A stretch of DNA of 64,000 nt, from assembly GCA_010909165.1 (NCBI GenBank), contig MU008191.1, positions 124,001 to 188,000 on the forward strand, written 5' to 3'. Source of the DNA: Anthoceros angustus (lineage: Eukaryota; Plantae; Anthocerotophyta). Positions 60,995 to 64,000 of the stretch are shown here, one piece after another; the stretch's first letter is position 1; each line of letters opens with the position of its first letter. The translations under genes were made by a program, and so were the position numbers. The notes beneath the pieces are model-generated. The model saw only the letters and a list, made by a program, of their open reading frames with translations, made no database searches and had not been told where the DNA came from.

Positions 60995-62601
60995 TCAGTT
61001 GAATGCATTAGCTATCGCCAGAACGAGGTTCGATGCCAGGCTCAACATTGCGATAGTTGTGAGAGTTATCCTCAACGTCAGGTACCTAAAGAAGAAACAT
61101 TACATCAACAAGATCTGCGTGGAGGTTACAGATTTTGCTTGTTGAGCGCACTTACCATGAAGGAACCAGCTTCATTCTTGCGAACGCGATATCAACTCCA
61201 ATAACCTGAGTGCGGGAAGGCGGTCATGGCAGGATCCACGAGCACAGCAGCAGAAGGAGTGGAAGGAAAAAGGACTTACTAGACCAAATGAGGATATGAG
61301 AAGTGCAAACTGTGGAATAGTCGGAAGAAGCAAAGCAAGCCATCCAAGCAGTGATGGCACCACCCCCCACAAGTACCTGCTCAGGAAGCAATTACGAGGC
61401 GATTCTCAAAACCCAAGTGACAAGAACAGGAGACCAAACTCGACATCTATCTGTCTTGGATTAGCCTCGGTGAAGGAGACATACCGTAGAGAGTTGGCAG
61501 TCATGTTGAAAACCTTATGATCAGATGACACTGTACATGCCACAACAAGGTGAAAGACTCAGAAGTCCTGTGCATACCAAGGTCCTATGTGCCAGCATGA
61601 AAGTTCTTTGGAATGATCTGACTAACCTCCGTAGCCAGCCATGGCAAGCCCCCAATGAGGTCCACCAAGAAACGTGAGAATAATTGCGCCATATGCAGCT
61701 TGGGCTCCAGCATGCATCCCGTAGAACAATGCCTGCCTTCACTGCCACTAGTCAGCCTCTCTGGTTTCCATCTCAGCCACAGCGTAAGCTGTCTACAAAT
61801 GCCCGAAATGAGCACACATCAGGGAATTTTGCCAGATATCACACCGTTGGAAGGAAAGCATCTATTGGTGGTGCCAACGCGATAAAGGGTATCAGACCGG
61901 CTAGACCGAGACCAAGGGCAGGTAAAGGGATGTTCGGGATCTCAGACAAGCTCCAAAGCTGACCTTCGCCGTCATCATCCTCAAACGGATCCTGCACCTC
62001 AGGCCTGCCCTGCACAAGATGCCAGGTTGTTTCAAGTACTCCATGACAAGATGCAATCACAAAACAGGGTCCGTCAATCTCAACTAGTTACCTCTGAAGG
62101 CGCAGACACTGTACTGTACAACCTTCTGCTCATGAAAGAACTGCCATGCTGCTCTCTGGACAGCCAGGTGAAAATCTGCTAAAGCCACAAGTTCTGGTCA
62201 CTGCATGCACAGCAAAGAGGAGCAACGAGATGGCAGGTTCGCATATTCCGCACCGCATTCTGTCGCAACTTCGTTGTAGAAATAGTGGACAGTCCATCCC
62301 AGCCAGCGGAATTGGAGCACGCCGAGTGATGACATCGTGCTGAGAACCGTCGATCGAGCTGCATGCAAACGGAGCTCCCTTGCAGGCATACTCGCAAATA
62401 ATCAGCTGATTTGGTGGGAGACAAACTGGCAGAGGCAGAATTGGTGGGACAGGCAGGCGTGAAAGTGCTTCTGGACGGGGCAAGGGCAGCCTGAACGCCA
62501 GCTTCAAACGCGATCGGTAGAGATGACACAGCACACAGATGCGACTTGTACAAGTGACCTACAAGAGGAAGAAGGCGCGAGATGTGTCCAACACCTGCCA
62601 T
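60995..62601 (-). CDS. DUF3429/TMEM69-like membrane protein; multi-exon, with a transit-peptide-like N-terminus
   Basis: IPLPALGLGLAGLIPF, AYGAIILTFLGGPHWGLAM, YLWGVVPSLLGWLALL and P.WYLTLR..LT on successive GT-AG exons. Confidence 0.82.
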
Positions 62602-62888
62602 TGCGGCCAAAAGAACCACAGGATTTCCCAGCGATTCTGCCAATGCGGGCGCTACACAAACCACAAACTCAACCAAGACTCGCGTTGATCTCCACTCAAT
62701 TCAGCGACGGGGAAAGAAAAGACTGTACAGCGAACGAGAGCAGAAATTGCCTGTGCAGGCGCGGTCTCTGAGGAAGAGCGGCTTCGTGCTTTGTGAGGTA
62801 GATAGGTTAGAACTTCACAAGCCTGACCTCGGGTTGGGACGGGTTTTCCACACATCCACGGATTGTCAAGCCTGATATCTTCGTGTTG
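62602..62888. promoter_or_regulatory. Short (~290 bp) divergent intergenic region; candidate bidirectional promoter
   Basis: Head-to-head start codons at 62601 (-) and 62889 (+). Confidence 0.55.
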
Positions 62889-64000
62889 ATGGCGAGCGAG
62901 AGCGTGCCGGCGGAAGCTGTGCAGAATGTGCTGCGGGCGTCATCGCTGGCGGGGCTCGAGGGCCGGCAATCCGTGTCCGGGTTCGAGTTCAACAATGGGC
63001 TGGACTACGGGGGCTTGCTGCAGGCCATGCAGCACACAGGTTTCCAGGCGTCGCAGCTGGGGAGGGCGGTGGAGGAGGTGAACCGGATGCTGGACTGGAG
63101 GCTGAGCGACGAGCCCGTGGAGGAGGGGAGCAGCGAGGCGGAGCAGGATGCGGGCTTCAGGGCTTCGGTGCGGTGCAAGCTCTTTCTGGGGTGCACATCC
63201 AACCTGGTGTCGTCGGGGGTGCGGGAGAGCATCCGGTACCTGGTGGAGCATAGGATGGTGGACGTGCTGGTCACCACGGCCGGGGGAATCGAGGAGGACA
63301 TCATCAAATGCCTGGCTCCCACCTACATGGGGGACTTCACCCTGCCCGGGGCCCAGCTGCGGGCTCAGGGGCTGAACCGGATTGGGAACCTGCTGGTGCC
63401 CAACGACAACTACTGCAAGTTCGAGGACTGGGTGATGCCGGTGCTGGACAGGCTGCTGGCCGAGCAGAGGGAGCAGGGGGTGCTGTGGACGCCGTCCACA
63501 GTGATTGCCAGGCTGGGCAGGGAGATCGACAACCCTAGCTCCATTTTGTACTGGGCTCAGAGGAACGGTGTCCCGGTGTTCTGCCCTGCGCTCACCGATG
63601 GCTCTCTTGGGGACATGATCTACTTCCACTCCTACCGGAACCCGGGCCTGGTGATCGATATTGTGCAGGACATTGCGCGGATGAACGGGGAGGCTGTGCA
63701 CGCTGCCCCGCGCAAGACCGGCATCATCGTGCTCGGAGGCGGCCTGCCCAAGCACCATATCTGCAACGCGAACCTGATGAGGAACGGTGCGGATTTTTCC
63801 GTCTTCATCAACACCGCGCAGGAGTATGATGGGAGCGATTCCGGAGCTTCTCCGGACGAAGCCGTGTCTTGGGGGAAAATTCGGGGCTCCGCCAAGCCGA
63901 TTAAGGTGCATTGTGACGCCACCATCGCCTTCCCTTTGCTGGTTGCCCAGACCTTCGTCCCAAGAGTTCTCCGGGAGCAGGCACGGCGGCAGGAAGCCCC
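62889..64000 (+). CDS. DHS: Deoxyhypusine synthase, intronless; the stop lies just beyond the window
   Basis: [63 protein letters not shown] (catalytic Lys). Open to the window edge, so absent from the ORF track. Confidence 0.97.
   Translation, partial: MASESVPAEAVQNVLRASSLAGLEGRQSVSGFEFNNGLDYGGLLQAMQHTGFQASQLGRAVEEVNRMLDWRLSDEPVEEGSSEAEQDAGFRASVRCKLFLGCTSNLVSSGVRESIRYLVEHRMVDVLVTTAGGIEEDIIKCLAPTYMGDFTLPGAQLRAQGLNRIGNLLVPNDNYCKFEDWVMPVLDRLLAEQREQGVLWTPSTVIARLGREIDNPSSILYWAQRNGVPVFCPALTDGSLGDMIYFHSYRNPGLVIDIVQDIARMNGEAVHAAPRKTGIIVLGGGLPKHHICNANLMRNGADFSVFINTAQEYDGSDSGASPDEAVSWGKIRGSAKPIKVHCDATIAFPLLVAQTFVPRVLREQARRQEA

Noticed and set aside
62940-63911. 323-aa minus-strand ORF
   Set aside because: Antisense shadow of DHS.

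Overview
Eukaryotic land-plant nuclear DNA. A PLS-type PPR gene, a decayed DYW domain resembling the KP (U-to-C) type, AMT2 and compact GC-rich genes point to a seed-free plant, most plausibly a hornwort; that is inference. About half of the window is a non-chromovirus Ty3/gypsy (Athila-like) family with a tRNA-Asp-type PBS. The main observation is that its LTRs are giant (about 4.4-4.7 kb, TGTGG...CCACA) and carry a conserved protein-coding frame inside the LTR. Three things support these boundaries: PPT and PBS adjacency, a solo LTR with a perfect 5-bp TSD (CAGAG, 49243-52509), and a full element (26232-42938) whose removal rejoins a split Harbinger transposase. Host genes are AMT2 (frameshifted), a secreted 8-Cys protein, an orphan membrane protein, a 1171-aa PLS-E+ PPR, a DUF3429/TMEM69-like gene and an intronless deoxyhypusine synthase (DHS). 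Also present are an inverted decayed duplicate of DHS next to a PPR-DYW pseudogene, Harbinger, Copia and CRE-like remnants, and a duplicated cysteine-synthase fragment. Many small indels may be long-read consensus errors.
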